A DNA stretch of 63,772 nucleotides, the filler included, from Choristocarpus tenellus KU-1152 (taxonomy: Eukaryota > Protista > Phaeophyceae), in assembly GCA_964200185.2 (NCBI GenBank). It is 12 parts of 12 records of this genome, joined end to end, with 100 filler letters (N's around TTAATTAATTAA, not from the genome) between each part and the next. Parts side by side here need not be neighbours in the genome. Positions count along the whole stretch, not along the records: positions 61,005 to 63,772 come from CAXNAD020024918.1; 11 more parts are not named here. One strand, given 5' to 3'. A program made the position numbers and the translations under genes. The notes below the pieces were generated by a model that made no database searches, was not told the DNA's origin, and saw only the letters and a program-made list of their open reading frames with translations. Of the stretch, positions 63,078 through 63,772 are shown piece by piece (within the stretch, counting starts at the first letter, position 1; the number at the start of each line of letters is the position of its first letter).

Positions 63078-63708
63078 CCTCCTAGTCGAGCCAATGATCA
63101 GCTTGTGTTGCGTGTCACCACAGCATAGACTGTATATTCCAATGTATAGTTGTCATTGCTTGTTGACGTGGAAATACAGGGCTAAGAATCGCACCCCACT
63201 AAGACATCAGACCCATTTCATCATCAGGTGGGATTCAGATGCTCGTTACCTGAAGTAAACTTCCCTTTTCCAAAAAACCTCCTAGTCAAAACAGAGTAAG
63301 ACCAAGAGGTGGAAAATTCCTTTTCTTTGTGTGAGACGTATTCTTATATCTTGCATTTGCTCTGATTGGTTGGAAATATCCAAGAAATCGACATGAATCG
63401 TTCATGAAAGGTATTAAGAAGTTGTGAAACTTAGGTACTCTATATCTCCACGTTCTTCAGGAGGAAATCCGTTCGCAATCTACGTCAGGAGTATTGGATT
63501 TCCTCGGTTGGGGCTATACTTTCTTCATAGGAAATTTGACTTGTATGGACTGCATGGCATGTGGTTTGAGGAGGCGCGTGTTCGTAGATAGTGCTGCTGA
63601 TACACGTAGACACCACCGGTGGATAACATATTAGGATGGAGAGCCAGTGGCGGATATATAGTATGTACTGACTCATAGTATTGATTGGTTTTTATATAAT
63701 GTTCAAGA

Positions 63709-63772
63709 TGTGAATCGTGTGATTCTGTGGCGGCGTGGTTCACTCAGGCAAGGGTGACGAAGAGAATCACCG
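63709..63772 (-). mobile_element. 3' end of a family A LTR at the contig end
   Basis: Exact reverse complement of 61006-61069. Confidence 0.85.

Overview
This window is not one locus. It is 12 short eukaryotic contigs joined by an artificial 100-nt linker (44 N + TTAATTAATTAA + 44 N), so genes in different contigs are not neighbours. Contigs: 1-10206, 10307-13126, 13227-16054, 16155-18766, 18867-22920, 23021-29165, 29266-37924, 38025-46679, 46780-53438, 53539-57167, 57268-60904, 61005-63772. The DNA is intron-rich and full of transposon remnants. TTAGGG repeats, cyanobacterial-type genes and a Tctex-type dynein light chain suggest a photosynthetic, flagellated stramenopile, probably a brown alga (inference). 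Genes rebuilt by hand from GT-AG exons: cyanobacterial-type arsenate reductase ArsC, a conserved uncharacterised protein of photosynthetic organisms, RRP1/Nop52, a Tctex1-family light chain, tRNA dimethylallyltransferase, a FYRN/FYRC protein, a Spinster-like MFS transporter, the last exon of KAE1/OSGEP, a possible kinesin-13 tail, and a standalone HPt phosphotransfer gene whose reading frame is interrupted by one TAG. Mobile DNA includes a G-tract MITE with 3-bp TSDs (13 full or partial copies), two other foldback elements, an LTR family with PPT and PBS, and Copia, Gypsy, LINE and Sola-like remnants. The best leads are the HPt gene, the intron-containing ArsC, and the very dense short interstitial telomeric tracts. 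Most of the supplied ORF track is spurious. Family assignments come from motif recognition from memory; no database search was run.
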